The notes beneath the pieces were generated by a model. The model saw only the letters and a list, made by a program, of their open reading frames with translations, ran no database searches and was not told the DNA's origin. A stretch of 64,000 bases of DNA from the human T2T-CHM13v2.0 reference genome, Homo sapiens. Below, piece after piece: positions 62,229 through 64,000 of this stretch (position 1 is the stretch's first letter; each line of letters begins with the position of its first letter). The position numbers and the translations under genes are program-made. The stretch lies in the NCBI RefSeq assembly GCF_009914755.1, contig NC_060927.1. The stretch is one strand, 5' to 3'.

Positions 62229-62709
62229 ATCTTCCTGACAAACCTCTGTTCCTTGCTGTCTCACTCTCTCGAGGGACAGCTGGACAAGTGTCAATGAGTT
62301 GAGATTGTTAGAAGGTTTTTCTTCTCCAGCCAGCAGCCTTCCCAAAGACCTGACCTACTTAGCAGGCAGATGGATCCTGTAAAAACAAAACCGGGTCACA
62401 TCCCTCCTGGGCTTGGAAAGAATCCTTCAGTGCCCCCGACCCCTTCTTCCTCACCCACAGAATTGGAGCCAAAGTCCTGAAAGTAGCCTTGGAGGTCCTG
62501 CCTTCCCCACCCTGAGTCCCTGCTGTGTGCTGCACCCGGGTCCCCTCCTGGCTGTGAGCCCATCACTATTCCAGTTTCTTTCCACTGCACAAGGTAGTTG
62601 TTCAGGCCCCTCCCTGAAAGATGTGTTGGTTCTTCAAGATTCACAAGCAAATCATGCCTGTGTGTGCATTGCAGATAGCTCACTTACATTAGATTTGATA
62701 TGAGAAAGT

Positions 62710-63297
<588 letters not shown>

Positions 63298-64000
63298 CCA
63301 AGATAGTCTTAAAAAGCAATGTTTTTGTCTTTTCTAAGAAAGGGCCCTGATGGTTTGCCCTGCGTTACACTCCCAGGCAGGCACAGAACCGATGTTAAAC
63401 TCTCCATTTTATCACATGAACCCTGCCCAGTGCCCTACCCATTCCTCCCACGCCAGGCTCATGACTGCATGTCAAGCACAGTTGTGCCAGGTGTCTACCT
63501 GCTCCATTTCTCCTCCTCCCAGCAGCCCTGCAAAGTGCCCGCCAATTTTCTCTCCTGTTTTGAAGATGGGAAAACTAAAGCAGAGAGCCACAAGGTCACT
63601 CACCTGGTAAGCTGCAGAACTGAACAAAGTGTGCTTGTGAAACTTTCTGTTTGTTCTAAGGAGACAACTGTGGGTGGGTGGACTCTGCTGGAGGCTGTCC
63701 CTTGCCTGGCTGGCAGCAACCAAGCCTTCTGCTTCTGACTTGCTGGGGAGCGGGAGGACGGGAAGGGCTGTCGGTGGGGAAATTGGAGAGAATACAAAAC
63801 CTCCCCTCAGCTTTAACAGGCTCTACCAACAGTTTTCACTTTGCCTCTTTTCCTTCTCTGGTATAGCCTTCCTCCTCTTTGGTGAATGCAGATTCAGAGC
63901 ATCTCTAAAATCTACTCTGTGTTACTTCTGAGGAGAATTCGGGATTTTATTTTTTCTGGAAAAATGAAAGGATTTTCATTCTGGTTCCCTTCTGGTTCCG

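Overview
Human (primate) genomic DNA containing the 5' end of LIMD1 (3p21.31, + strand). A CpG-island promoter (~39.3-40.5 kb) and a perfect (AC)36 tract lie just upstream of the 1.4-kb first coding exon (ATG 40834 to splice donor 42241/42242), which encodes the whole pre-LIM region. The rest of the window is intron 1, and no LIM-domain exon was seen. The 39 kb upstream is non-coding and repeat-dense: about 35 Alus across the window, MIR, L1, L2, DNA-transposon fossils and many solo LTRs, including a deeply nested stack at 15.2-20.8 kb. All other ORFs in the track are repeat-derived or GC-shadow ORFs. I found no new protein-coding system. The best leads are regulatory or mutational: a perfect DR4 nuclear-receptor element in intron 1, a layered 5' leader (uORFs, a hidden splice acceptor, the (AC)36 tract), an intact sense-oriented LTR2, and two apparent templated-insertion scars. 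Repeat subfamily names come from recalled consensus sequences and need RepeatMasker/Dfam confirmation.
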